Source: an uncultured Chloroflexia bacterium
GTDB taxonomy: Bacteria > Chloroflexota > Limnocylindria > QHBO01
Direction of reading: 5' to 3'
DNA: 64,000 nt
NCBI GenBank assembly: GCA_963825525.1
Contig: CAWGTN010000002.1
Coordinates: 320,001-384,000, forward strand
The position numbers were made by a program, and so were the translations under genes. The notes under the pieces were generated by a model. The model saw only the letters and a list, made by a program, of their open reading frames with translations. It was not told where the DNA came from and made no database searches. Of the stretch, positions 1 through 9,195 are shown in pieces. Positions within the stretch are counted from its first letter, which is position 1; each line of letters begins with the position of its first letter.

Positions 1-845
1 GCGTCGGTCAATGAAAGGTAGTGCGGACAGGTCTCCGCGTAGATCGGCTCACCCGCCGCCTTGGCGTCCGCAACCGCGTCGAGGGCCTCCTCGCACGACA
101 GATGCACGATGTAGAGCGGCGCGTCGGCGCGTCGGGCCATGTCGATCGCGCGACGCGTCGCGAGGGCCTCGGCTCTCGGAGGCCGGCAGCTGGCGTGATA
201 CCGCGGCCCGACGTGTCCGGCGGCGATCGACTCGGACACGAGCGGATCGATGATCCCGGGCTCCTCGCAGTGCAGCTGCAGCATCCCACCGTGGTCGGCC
301 GCGATGCGCATCGCCTGCTCGACGCGCTCGTCCGGCAGAGCGAAGTCGTAGACCATGAATGCCTTGAAGGTCGGCACCCCACGACGGATGAGCTCGGGCA
401 GCTGGTCGAGGGCGTCCGGTTGCTGCCCGCTGATGACCGAGCAGAGTCCGAAGTCGATCGGCGCAGTTCCCTCCGTCCGCTCGCGGAACTCGTCGAGCCC
501 GGCGAGCGGTGAGCGCGCACCAGCCTCGCTGATGCCCGTTCCCGGATTGTTGAATGTCAGGACGGTGGTCGTGCCGCCGGCCGCCGCCGCACCAAGGTCG
601 CGGGCGAACCGGGCCGGGTGCTGATCGTCGCTGAGGCGCACGTGCGTGTGGACGTCGATCGTGCCGGGCATCACCAGCATCCCGGACGCATCGACGACCT
701 GTGCGCCATCACGGGACAGGTGTTCGGCCACTGCGGTGATCCGCCCGTTGGAGATGGCGACGTCCGCGAGCCGCGAGCCGGCGGGCGTCACCACCGTCCC
801 GCCCACGATCAGCATGTCCCACGGACCGCGGGGCTCCTCAGGCAC
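1..845 (-). CDS. Dihydropyrimidinase/allantoinase-type cyclic amidohydrolase (3' end runs off the window)
   Basis: Manual translation of the minus strand (not in the ORF track because no stop lies in the window): ...MLIVGGTVVTP...MPGTIDVHTH...AAAAGGTTT...FKAFMVY...LHCE...YIVHLS...ETCPHYL; metal-binding HxH motif; next to urate catabolism genes. Confidence 0.85.
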   Translation of the reverse strand, partial: MPEEPRGPWDMLIVGGTVVTPAGSRLADVAISNGRITAVAEHLSRDGAQVVDASGMLVMPGTIDVHTHVRLSDDQHPARFARDLGAAAAGGTTTVLTFNNPGTGISEAGARSPLAGLDEFRERTEGTAPIDFGLCSVISGQQPDALDQLPELIRRGVPTFKAFMVYDFALPDERVEQAMRIAADHGGMLQLHCEEPGIIDPLVSESIAAGHVGPRYHASCRPPRAEALATRRAIDMARRADAPLYIVHLSCEEALDAVADAKAAGEPIYAETCPHYLSLTD

Positions 846-878
846 GACGACTGCCTGTGGTGATGGAGGTCGTCACCG

Positions 879-1289
879 TCAGGCCTCGCTGATCACGATC
901 TCCTGCGCGCCCTCCCACAGCACGCGTCGGCCCATCTCCGCCAGGTGCTCCTGCCCGCTCACCAGGGTGGCGAAGTGATTCCCCGCCAGCTGCCCGACGC
1001 GCGAGCTGAAGCTGCAGGCGCCGTACGGGAACAGGATCTCGCACTCGCTGATGTCGCCGATGTAGATGAGCACGTCACCGGGCGCGGGGTGCGAGGTGTG
1101 ATTCTCGAATCCGACGTCCGGCCGTTGCTCGCCGAAGGGGATCCAGGTCGACTCGCCACTCCATTTGCAGTGGATCAGCTTGGAGCGAATCGGGAGCCAC
1201 GACTGCAGCGCGGCTCGGGTCCTCGGGGCGGCCGCTTCCCAGCGGGCGGTGAAGACGAGCTCACCGACGGTGATCTTCAAATCTGGCAT
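879..1289 (-). CDS. DUF3830 family protein (cyclophilin-like fold)
   Basis: IHCKWSGE, ENHTSHPAPG, EILFPYG and GQLAGNHF motifs; ATG 1289 with TATCCT -10 element 6 nt upstream. Confidence 0.8.
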   Translation of the reverse strand: MPDLKITVGELVFTARWEAAAPRTRAALQSWLPIRSKLIHCKWSGESTWIPFGEQRPDVGFENHTSHPAPGDVLIYIGDISECEILFPYGACSFSSRVGQLAGNHFATLVSGQEHLAEMGRRVLWEGAQEIVISEA

Positions 1290-1365
1290 GCCACGAGGAT
1301 ACTCCGGAGGCGGTGCGGGGCCCTCGCGCATCGGGCATCATGGCCGCTCATCACGGAGTGGGATA

Positions 1366-1713
1366 TTGGCCGACGCGCGTCCAACCATCAGCACGCATGT
1401 CCTCGACCTGGCGACCGGTACCCCGGCCCAGGGTGTGAGTGTCGCCTTGTTCCGGATGGATGCCGATGGCAGCCCGGAACTCGTCAGCGAGCTGGCGACC
1501 AACGCGGATGGTCGCATCCCGGACCTGCTCGACGGCGCGCGGTTGACGGCCGGAGACTATCAGCTGGCCTTTGACGTCGGAGGCGCCGCCGAGGATCCCG
1601 ATGCGTTCTTCCAGAGTGCGGCACTCGCCCTGCGAATCGTCGACGTAGGTCGCTCGTACCACGTCCCCCTCCTGCTGAGCCCGTTCGGGCTGAGCACCTA
1701 TCGCGGCAGCTGA
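1366..1713 (+). CDS. uraH: 5-hydroxyisourate hydrolase (transthyretin-like)
   Basis: ISTHVLD...G.PA, TNADGR, YHVPLLLSP and C-terminal YRGS signature; TTG start inferred. Confidence 0.92.
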   Translation: MADARPTISTHVLDLATGTPAQGVSVALFRMDADGSPELVSELATNADGRIPDLLDGARLTAGDYQLAFDVGGAAEDPDAFFQSAALALRIVDVGRSYHVPLLLSPFGLSTYRGS

Positions 1714-2681
1714 TGGCTGTCCTCGACGAGTTGAATACGCTCGATACCGACGCGGCGGCCCGCATGATCGGGCCACTCTTCGAGGACGCACCCAGGTACA
1801 TCGGCCGGCTGCTCGCGGCTCGGCCGTTCGAGACCGAAGATGCCATGTTCGACGAGGCACGCGCCGTTGCGCGCTCGATGCCGGAGGATGAACAGATCGA
1901 GCTGCTGAATGCGCACCCCCGTATCGGGGCCGTTGCGGCCGGCGTTTCCGAGCTGTCCCGCCGCGAACAGGGTCTCGACGAGCCGGCGGGGCCCGGTGCC
2001 GCGTGGATCGCAGACGAGCTTCTCGCGCTGAACGAGGCCTATGAGTCGCTCTTCGGCTTCCGCTACGTGATCTTCGTGGCCGGCCGCCCCAGGGCCGACA
2101 TCATCCCGCTGCTGGAGCGCGCACTCCACGCGGATCGCGACGAGGAGATTCGGCGAGGCCTCGACGACGTGGTGCTGATCGCGCATGACCGATGGGCCAC
2201 GATCCGCGGCCCTGATGTGCTGCGTGAGGAGCTGCGTGAAGCGATCGCTCTCGAGATCTCCCGCTGGATGGTCGAGGAGATCGACCGCGACGGATTGCGT
2301 CGTGCCGCGCACCGGCTCATCGACGAGGGAATCGCCTCCCCCGCCCTCCTTGCCCTGTCGCTGGCAGCCTCGGATGAGGATGTTCGCCTGGAGGAGCCAA
2401 TCTCCCGCGTCGCTGCCGAGATCGGCCTGGGCGGCTGGGACGTCGGCCAGGCACGACAGCTCCTGGCAATGCACGCAGCAGCGTCGATCCTGGGCCAGGT
2501 GAGCCAGCCGATCGACGGCGCGCGCCGCATTGCCCACGTCACCGGGGATCGGAACTTCGATGCCATGGTCCGTCGATGGGAGGCCGAGTCCGAGCAACGG
2601 GCCGCGATCGATGCCCAGATTCGTCGCGCCGCCGCCGAGCTCTTCGGCCCTCCGGACGAAGCGGAAGAAGAGGAGACATGA
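1713..2681 (+). CDS. uraD: OHCU decarboxylase with an extra C-terminal domain of about 160 aa
   Basis: LFE.AP, AHPRIG, S.REQG, LNEAY...FGFRYVIFV motifs in the N-terminal half; start overlaps the uraH stop (TGATG). Confidence 0.85.
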   Translation: MAVLDELNTLDTDAAARMIGPLFEDAPRYIGRLLAARPFETEDAMFDEARAVARSMPEDEQIELLNAHPRIGAVAAGVSELSRREQGLDEPAGPGAAWIADELLALNEAYESLFGFRYVIFVAGRPRADIIPLLERALHADRDEEIRRGLDDVVLIAHDRWATIRGPDVLREELREAIALEISRWMVEEIDRDGLRRAAHRLIDEGIASPALLALSLAASDEDVRLEEPISRVAAEIGLGGWDVGQARQLLAMHAAASILGQVSQPIDGARRIAHVTGDRNFDAMVRRWEAESEQRAAIDAQIRRAAAELFGPPDEAEEEET

Positions 2682-3608
2682 AGCACGAGATCACGTACGG
2701 AAAGGCCGATGTCAAGGTCTACCGCACGAACGCACAACCCGCTGAGCGGCATCACCCAGATCCCCGAATCCCCGTTCAACGGGCGCGAGAACCGCCTGGC
2801 GGCGGCCGAGATCGAGGTGATCGTTCGGGGTGAGGTCTTCATCGACGCCTACACCAAGGGCGACAACCGCCTGGTCGTGGCCACCGACACGATGAAGAAC
2901 TTCATCCACGCGGTCTCGTTGAAGGCGCGAGCCCGCACGCTGGAGGAGTGGCTTCTCGAGGTCGGTACCGCCTTCCTCGACACCTATCCCCACATGGAAC
3001 GTCTGACGATGCTGGGACGGGACCTGCCGTTCTCCCCGGCCCTGGTGGCGGCCGAGGCGGGCGACGGTTTCGACGTCTCTGATCGGCTCTTCAGCCGTGA
3101 GCGCGGGGACCACGGATCGGCCCGGCTGGACCTCGAGCGCGGCGCCGATGGATCGGTCCGAATCACCGATCACGAATCTGGCCGTCGCGAGCTCCAGCTC
3201 ATCAAGATCACCGGCTCGGCATTCGCCGACTTCGCGCGAGACGAGCACACCACCCTGCCCGAGCGTCGGGATCGGCCGCTCTACATCTGGTGCGACATCG
3301 GCTGGCGCTATGCCGACGCCTCCGACGCGGTCCTCGTCGATCCCGCCCGATACGTGGCCTCGGAGCAGGTCGCCGACCTGGCTGCCACCGTCTTCCACGA
3401 GTTCGTGTCACTCTCGATCCAGCACCTCGTGAACGAGGTCGGTACCAGGATGCTCGAACGCTGGCCGCAGCTCACCGAGGTCAGCTTCGACGCCCAGAAC
3501 CGCCTCTGGGACCTCGTCGCCGAGGCGGATGGCGACGCGAAGACACGGACGTACAGCGATCCGCGGCCTCCGTTCGGCCATATCGGACTCGTCCTGCGCC
3601 GCGACTGA
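2678..3608 (+). CDS. pucL: Urate oxidase (uricase), frameshift near 2735
   Basis: AGGAG RBS and ATG 2678 give MKHEITYGKADVKVYRT; after the shift VVATDTMKNF, KITGSAF..F.RDE.TTLPE..DRPL, SIQH and N...D motifs follow. Confidence 0.9.
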
Positions 3609-3624
3609 GGGGCGGACAAGACGA

Positions 3625-3650
3625 GAGCCCCGGAGGACGCTCCGGGGCTC
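3625..3650. terminator. Hairpin between convergent uricase and CHRD genes
   Basis: GAGCCCCGGA-ggacgc-TCCGGGGCTC, perfect 10-bp stem. Confidence 0.6.
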
Positions 3651-3668
3651 ATAGCCTTCACGGGTGCG

Positions 3669-4124
3669 TCAGTCGCCGAGCTGGCCGCGGATCGCCCCGC
3701 CCGGGAACGCGTCGTTGTGCACGTTCACGTAATAGTCCGCGGGATTGGCGCGGATGTCCGCCACAACCGCCGCGTCGGCAGGTGCGCAGTACGTCAGTCG
3801 ATTTCCCTTGCTCGTCGCAAGATCGAGCCTGAGGTTGACGACCACCGGGCCCGCCACGCCTGCCGTTGCCTCATGGATATGGGCCGCAGTCGGAGTCTCG
3901 ATGGCCTGGGTCTTCAGCGTGTAGCAGACGAGACCGGCGTTGTACACGTCGAGGGTGACAAAGCCCTTCCCGTTCGCATCGCCCGGATCTGGAGCTTCCT
4001 CGCTGCCACTGAGTGTGGTCGTGAATGTCCCGAAGTGGTTCGCGGAGACCGTGCCGGCCACCATGAGCACACCGATCGCCGCGATGATCATCGCGAGCGA
4101 GAGGCTGGTGAAACGTCGAGCCAT
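3669..4124 (-). CDS. Secreted CHRD domain protein
   Basis: Signal peptide; LSGSEE, AAHIH...G..GPVVV and YYVNVHN..FPGGAIRGQL motifs; AGGAGG RBS. Confidence 0.88.
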   Translation of the reverse strand: MARRFTSLSLAMIIAAIGVLMVAGTVSANHFGTFTTTLSGSEEAPDPGDANGKGFVTLDVYNAGLVCYTLKTQAIETPTAAHIHEATAGVAGPVVVNLRLDLATSKGNRLTYCAPADAAVVADIRANPADYYVNVHNDAFPGGAIRGQLGD

Positions 4125-4225
4125 GGATTCCTCCTGTAGTGGGGGTCAGGCCGCGCGGGCAGTGCGCAACCGTCTTGTGTGGTGCGGATACGTCGCCGCT
4201 CAAGGCACGTATCAATGCCGAACAC

Positions 4226-4675
4226 TCAGGCGTCGAACCGCGCGCCCACCATCTGCGGGTGGTCGATCGCCGGGCAGCGATCCATGACCACCAGGAGCCC
4301 CGCATCGGCTGCTCGCTGGGCGGCAGCCTCGTTCCATACCTCGAGCTGCATCCAGATGGCCTTCGCGCCGATCTCGATGGCCTCGTCCACGTGCGCTGGC
4401 ACGAGTTCGCTCCGTCGGAACAGGTCGACGACCTCGATCCGAGATCGCAGCTCCTCGGGAATCGAGAGGAGGTCGCGGTGAGCGGGAATGCCGTGGACTT
4501 CCTTCTCGTTGGGATGCACCGGGACGACCTCGTATCCCTGCCGCAGGAGGTACCGCGAAACACCGTGCGACGCCCGCCAGGGTCGAGAGGAACAGCCGAC
4601 CACGGCCCAGGTCCGGAAGCTGCGCAGAATCTGCTCCGCGACCCCCGGGTCACTCCAGCCGTGCACCGTCCTCAT
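4226..4675 (-). CDS. CoA-binding protein (YccU-like)
   Basis: AVVG.S....R.S, V.PV.P, VDLFRRSE, WMQL and VVMDRC motifs. Confidence 0.88.
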   Translation of the reverse strand: MRTVHGWSDPGVAEQILRSFRTWAVVGCSSRPWRASHGVSRYLLRQGYEVVPVHPNEKEVHGIPAHRDLLSIPEELRSRIEVVDLFRRSELVPAHVDEAIEIGAKAIWMQLEVWNEAAAQRAADAGLLVVMDRCPAIDHPQMVGARFDA

Positions 4676-5245
4676 CGGGATCGGGCAAGCTCCTGAAGGG
4701 CGGCCTTGATCCTGGTGTCGAGCTCACCGCCCGAGCTCGCGACGGCGGCAGCGGCCCGCCTGGCCTCAGTACACTGGAATACCCAGCGACTCGAGCGCGG
4801 CCACCACGTCGGAGTCGGTGGAGCCGCCACCCGCCGCGATGCCGGCTGCGTGAACCTTCTCCTTGAGCTCCAGGATGATGCGCTGTGCGGTCTTGCGTCC
4901 CACACCCGACACGCTCGTGAACACGTCGACGTCATCCCCCAGGATGGCCAGCTGCAGGCGAGTGACGGCATGGGCCGTCGTGATCGCCAGCGCGAGCCTC
5001 GGCCCCACCTGCGAGACCGTCATGAGCAGCTCGAAGAACGCCAGCTCTTCGGTCGTCGCGAAACCGAAGAGCGCCTGCTGATCCTCACGCACGAGGTGGT
5101 GCGTGAAGACCGATGCCTCCGTTCCGACCCGCAGCTTGGCGAGCAGAGCAGGTCCGGCCACGACGCGGTAGCCGATACCGCCGACCTCGATGAGGACATG
5201 ATCCTGGCCCATGAGCGTGACCGTGCCGCGCAGCGAGCCGATCAT
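4672..5245 (-). CDS. ruvA: Holliday junction branch migration protein RuvA, frameshift near 4775
   Basis: MIGSLRG, VGGIGY, LVRED...LFGF, GVGRKTAQRIILELK; domain III (ALESLG / TEARRAAAAV...IKAALQEL) continues in another frame to the stop at 4672. Confidence 0.92.
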
Positions 5246-5736
5246 CCGATCACCGCCTTCGGCTGGGCAGCGGCGCGGTAGGCGCAGCCGATGGCGATCG
5301 CCAGGGCATCGGTCGCGTCGTCAGGCACGCCGCGCAGCGATCGGCCGAGAAGCCTCTCGACCATGGCGGCCACCTGGGCCTTGTCGGCGGAGCCGTTGCC
5401 GCAGATCGTCTGCTTGACCTCGTTCGGGGTCGGCTCGTCAATCGGAACCCCTGACTCGGCGGCCGCCAGCAACGCTACGCCGCGAGCCTGCCCGACGGTC
5501 ATCGCCGTCTGGACGTTCCGCTGGAAGAAGAGGCGCTCGATGCCGATGCGTTCCGGCCGGTGCTCCCCGAGCAGCGACCGCAGTGCCACGTGGAGCTGAT
5601 GAAGGCGATCGGCATCCGACGCCTCCGCGGGCGTCCGAATGCAACCGGCATCGATCAGCCGCACGTCTCCGTCGCGCAGCTCAACGACGCCGAAGCCGCA
5701 GATCGCGGTCCCAGGGTCGATGCCGAGAGTGATCAC
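5242..5736 (-). CDS. ruvC: Crossover junction endodeoxyribonuclease RuvC
   Basis: LGIDPG, IERLFF, GQARGV, G.ADK.QV and DDATDALAIA motifs; GTG 5736 with TACCAT 6 nt upstream. Confidence 0.95.
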   Translation of the reverse strand: MITLGIDPGTAICGFGVVELRDGDVRLIDAGCIRTPAEASDADRLHQLHVALRSLLGEHRPERIGIERLFFQRNVQTAMTVGQARGVALLAAAESGVPIDEPTPNEVKQTICGNGSADKAQVAAMVERLLGRSLRGVPDDATDALAIAIGCAYRAAAQPKAVIG

Positions 5737-5798
5737 CCTCGCATGGTAGCGATCCGGGACGGCTTCGACCCGCTGTTCGAAACATTTCGTCCGTCCGC

Positions 5799-5854
5799 TT
5801 GACATCGCGACGAGTGCGATCGTACGATAGGCACACATTCGAATCTTATCGAAT
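5799..5854 (+). promoter_or_regulatory. Sigma70-type promoter with a downstream palindromic operator
   Basis: TTGACA (5799)-N18-TACGAT (5823), then ATTCGA-N6-TCGAAT (5837-5854), upstream of the small ORF and ArsR gene. Confidence 0.6.
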
Positions 5855-5894
5855 GGCACGTAGTTCATCGGACGAAGGGACGGTAATCGAACAC

Positions 5895-6098
5895 ATGATG
5901 CTTCCACCGGATCCTGGCGTCCTCGAGACCCTCATCAGGGATCGCCAGAACCGCCACAATTTCGCCACTATCCCCGCCGCGCGTGGGGGCGGAGTGCTCC
6001 GCGTGCGAATCGGCCATGCGCTGATCGTCGCCGGCAGCCGCCTCACCGGCGAGCGCATGGAGACACCCCGCCGCACCAGCATTCCGCGTCACGCCTGA
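5895..6098 (+). CDS. Small hypothetical protein (67 aa) upstream of the ArsR-family gene
   Basis: MMLPPDPG...LRVRIGHALIVAGSRLTG; follows the promoter and a GAAGGGA RBS-like stretch. Confidence 0.55.
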   Translation: MMLPPDPGVLETLIRDRQNRHNFATIPAARGGGVLRVRIGHALIVAGSRLTGERMETPRRTSIPRHA

Positions 6099-6123
6099 TC
6101 CCACCCATCCCCAGGGAGGAGCC

Positions 6124-7257
6124 ATGGCCCCCACCCGCCGCCCGGGCGCAAAGCCCGGAATCACCATCGAGGTCTCGCCCGCATACGAGCTGCTCGAGTC
6201 GCTCGTCATCGCCATCGATGACAGCGAGATCGAGACATACGAGGTCGGCCCCGAGTGGATGACCGAGATCCGAGCTCGCGCCGGTGACGAGTTGCTCGAG
6301 CGTGTGCGCCGGGTCGCCCAGGGTGACGCCGATACCTACATCCACCTGATGGGCCTGGCATACGACACGCCGGCGCCCCGCGATATCCCGACCTTCATCG
6401 AGCACCTGCGATCGACGGACGCCGATGAGATTCGCCTCCATCTCGTCCAGTACTACGCGCGCGAAATCCGTCACATGACGCCGCGCGAGACCATCCGCGC
6501 CGCTGTCGCGGGCGACGAGACGGCAAAGCTCGAATTCCTGCGGACCTCTCATCCCGACTGGGAGCCGTGGACCACCTACCTTCGCGGAATCCTGGATGCG
6601 GACAGTGCCGCGTTCAAAGAGCATCTGGTGGCGGTTGTCGAGGAATGGGCCGAGCGGGTCTTCAAGCCCGAGGCGCTCACGATCATGCCCATCATCGAAC
6701 GCGACGCCGAGGCCAAGCGACAGCTCCTTCGAGAGCTTCCAGCCGATGAGTTCGTGACCGTGGCAACCAACGGCGTCGAGTTCGCCCCGCGTCCCGGCTG
6801 CGATCGGGTGGTCATGGTGCCGAGCTTCATTGCGCGACCGCTGGTTGCCCACCTCGAGGTCGGCGACGCGCTGATCATCATCTACCCCGTCGGCGACGAG
6901 AGCATCTCAGCCGAGGTTGATACCCCACCACAGCGCCTGGTGCGGCTCTCGAAGGCCCTGGGCGACGAGAAGCGGCTCCGCATCCTCCGAGCGCTGGCTG
7001 ATGGCGAGAAGACGTTCATGGAGCTCGCCGACGCCTTCGGCGTCGCGAAGACCACGATGCATCACCACATGATCGTCCTGCGGTCAGCCGGACTCGTTTC
7101 GGTGGGAGTGGGAAACAAGCGCTACCGGCTGCGGCCCGAGACCGTGCCGGACGTGGGCGCATTGCTCAGCGGGTACCTCGGCGCCGTGACTGGTCCGTCC
7201 GCGGCGTCGAGGTCGCCCGCCCCTGCGCGTCGGAAACGCACCGGGACCACGGGCTAG
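6124..7257 (+). CDS. ArsR/SmtB-family regulator with a long N-terminal domain and C-terminal wHTH
   Basis: KALGDEKRLRILRAL...ELA...TTMHHHMIVLRSAGLV; GGGAGG RBS. Confidence 0.85.
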   Translation: MAPTRRPGAKPGITIEVSPAYELLESLVIAIDDSEIETYEVGPEWMTEIRARAGDELLERVRRVAQGDADTYIHLMGLAYDTPAPRDIPTFIEHLRSTDADEIRLHLVQYYAREIRHMTPRETIRAAVAGDETAKLEFLRTSHPDWEPWTTYLRGILDADSAAFKEHLVAVVEEWAERVFKPEALTIMPIIERDAEAKRQLLRELPADEFVTVATNGVEFAPRPGCDRVVMVPSFIARPLVAHLEVGDALIIIYPVGDESISAEVDTPPQRLVRLSKALGDEKRLRILRALADGEKTFMELADAFGVAKTTMHHHMIVLRSAGLVSVGVGNKRYRLRPETVPDVGALLSGYLGAVTGPSAASRSPAPARRKRTGTTG

Positions 7258-7260
7258 ACC

Positions 7261-8019
7261 TCAGACGACCTCGGCCTCCAGCTCCTCCATGAGGGCGCCG
7301 GGAATGTCGAAGTTGGCATAGACGTTCTGCACGTCGTCGAGATCCTCGAGCCGCTCCATGAACTGGAGCACCTGGCGCGCCGTCTTCGCGTCACTGACGT
7401 CGACGGTGGTCGTCGGCTCCATCGACAGCTCGGCTGACTCGGCCTCGAACCCGGCATCGGCCAGCGAGCGTCGCACGGCCTCCAGCTCGGTGGGCTCGGT
7501 GGTGACGATGATCGACCCCCCGTCGGGAGCCCCCACATCGGCCGCACCGGCGTCGATGGCCGCGAGGGTCACCTCGTCCGGATCGCGGCCATTGAGCGCA
7601 AGGCTGATCACGCCCCGCTGCTCGAATTGCCAGGCGACGGTCGACAACGTGCCGCCGTGCTTGTTGAAGACACTGCGGATCTCGGAAGCGGTCCTGTTCC
7701 GATTGTCGGTCATGGCGGCCACGATCACGGCAACGTTGGCCGGCCCGAGACCCTCGTAGGTGATCTCTTCGTACTGCTCGGCATCGGCGCCGGCACCGGT
7801 GGCCTTCTCGACCGCACGCTTGATGTTGTCGGCCGGCATCGAGTTGGCCCGCGCCTTGTCGACGGCCATGCGGAGCCGGTAGTTCGCCTCGAGGTCTCCC
7901 CCACCCTGGCGCGCCGCGGTCATGATCTCGCGGGCAAGCTTCGTGAACAGCGCGCCGCGCTTTGCGTCGTTCGCGCCCTTCTGCCGCTTGATCGTGGACC
8001 ACTTGCTGTGGCCGGACAT
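7261..8019 (-). CDS. yebC: YebC/PmpR family protein
   Basis: MSGHSKWSTIKRQKG, YEG.GP, TDNRNRT and LEDLDDVQNVYAN motifs; usual neighbour of ruvC. Confidence 0.95.
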   Translation of the reverse strand: MSGHSKWSTIKRQKGANDAKRGALFTKLAREIMTAARQGGGDLEANYRLRMAVDKARANSMPADNIKRAVEKATGAGADAEQYEEITYEGLGPANVAVIVAAMTDNRNRTASEIRSVFNKHGGTLSTVAWQFEQRGVISLALNGRDPDEVTLAAIDAGAADVGAPDGGSIIVTTEPTELEAVRRSLADAGFEAESAELSMEPTTTVDVSDAKTARQVLQFMERLEDLDDVQNVYANFDIPGALMEELEAEVV

Positions 8020-8140
8020 CGGACCTCCTGCCGCGTCGGTTCCGCGGCTGCATGGCTCTTATGGGAGGCCAGATTCTACCAAACCGAGGCCCGTGAGCCG
8101 GCGGGGCGCATCGGCTGTCGGATTCCTCCCTCACCGAGCG

Positions 8141-9139
8141 TCACGGCGTCGATCCGGACCGGATCCGCGCTCCCACGCGACCCAGCACGACGTGGTCGAG
8201 GCTCCAGCGCCCGCCGCCCAGGATGACAAGCGCTGATGACAGTCCGAACAGCGCGACATGGGCGATGACGGGGTCATCGGGCAGTCCGAACATGGCGAGG
8301 GTCAGGACCGCGAATCCGACGACGGCACTGAGCCGGGTGAACGCACCGGTGACGATGGCCAACCCGAGGGCCGTCTCGACCAGGGCCGCTCCCACCACCC
8401 ACAGCTCGGGCGACGCGGGGATGACGGAGGTCAGGTCGTAGCGATCAACCGCGGCCAGCGCCTGGTCGTAGATGAGGAGCTTGTCCGCGATGCCCGATGC
8501 GAGGAACGCGCCACCGAGTCCGAGCCGCACGAGAAGTGGCACGAGATCGTCGTACCGACCCGGGGCGAGGTTCTCGGTTGCCGCCCGTGCCCCCGGTCCG
8601 CGGGGGAACGCGGCCCGCAGGAGGTCGTCCAGGCTCGGACGGCCGGGTCCCAGGACCGCGGCGACGGCCAACGCACCGGCGACGTCCAACATCATGACCA
8701 GCTCCGGCCTCCCGATGAGCACCACCAGGTACGCGCCCAGCGCCACGAGGGCCGCGGGACGGACGGCAAGACCCACGAGCAGGAGGAAGCCGGTACCGGT
8801 CAGCAGCAGCGCGAAAAGGGTCCCGGCCTCGTCCGTCGGCAGGAAGCGCACGCGAGACAGCCCAGAGCCGATGAGGACCAGCCCTGCCGACAACCGCACG
8901 ATCCACGGCAGGTACTCGCGGTAGCCATCGGCTCGCTCGATGAAACGAGTTCGCGCGGCCTCTCCGGGACGCCATCGGGCCCAGGCCAGCAGGATCGCGC
9001 CGACCACCAGCGCACCAGCCACGAGCAGGAGGAGGTTCCCCGGCTCGGCGAGGGTATCAAGGAGGAATCCGATCGGGTTCGGAGAGTCGGTCGGATCGGT
9101 CACGTAGTCGACGTGCGCCAGAACAGGCAGCGGCTGCAT
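8141..9139 (-). CDS. DoxX family membrane protein with tandem DoxX-like repeats
   Basis: Many hydrophobic helices; two R..G...L / G.G..SLD repeats. Confidence 0.7.
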   Translation of the reverse strand: MQPLPVLAHVDYVTDPTDSPNPIGFLLDTLAEPGNLLLLVAGALVVGAILLAWARWRPGEAARTRFIERADGYREYLPWIVRLSAGLVLIGSGLSRVRFLPTDEAGTLFALLLTGTGFLLLVGLAVRPAALVALGAYLVVLIGRPELVMMLDVAGALAVAAVLGPGRPSLDDLLRAAFPRGPGARAATENLAPGRYDDLVPLLVRLGLGGAFLASGIADKLLIYDQALAAVDRYDLTSVIPASPELWVVGAALVETALGLAIVTGAFTRLSAVVGFAVLTLAMFGLPDDPVIAHVALFGLSSALVILGGGRWSLDHVVLGRVGARIRSGSTP

Positions 9140-9195
9140 GCCTCTACCTTCGCACAGACGTTGCCAACTCCGTCCGCATCCTCCATTCTCAGGTC

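Noticed and set aside
2725-2745. Programmed ribosomal frameshift in uricase
   Set aside because: No slippery heptamer or stimulatory structure, and similar indels occur throughout the window.
5887-5902. TCGAACACATGATGCT as a LexA/SOS box near ruvC
   Set aside because: Only the left half matches GAAC-N4-GTTC, it overlaps the small ORF start, and it is about 150 bp from ruvC.
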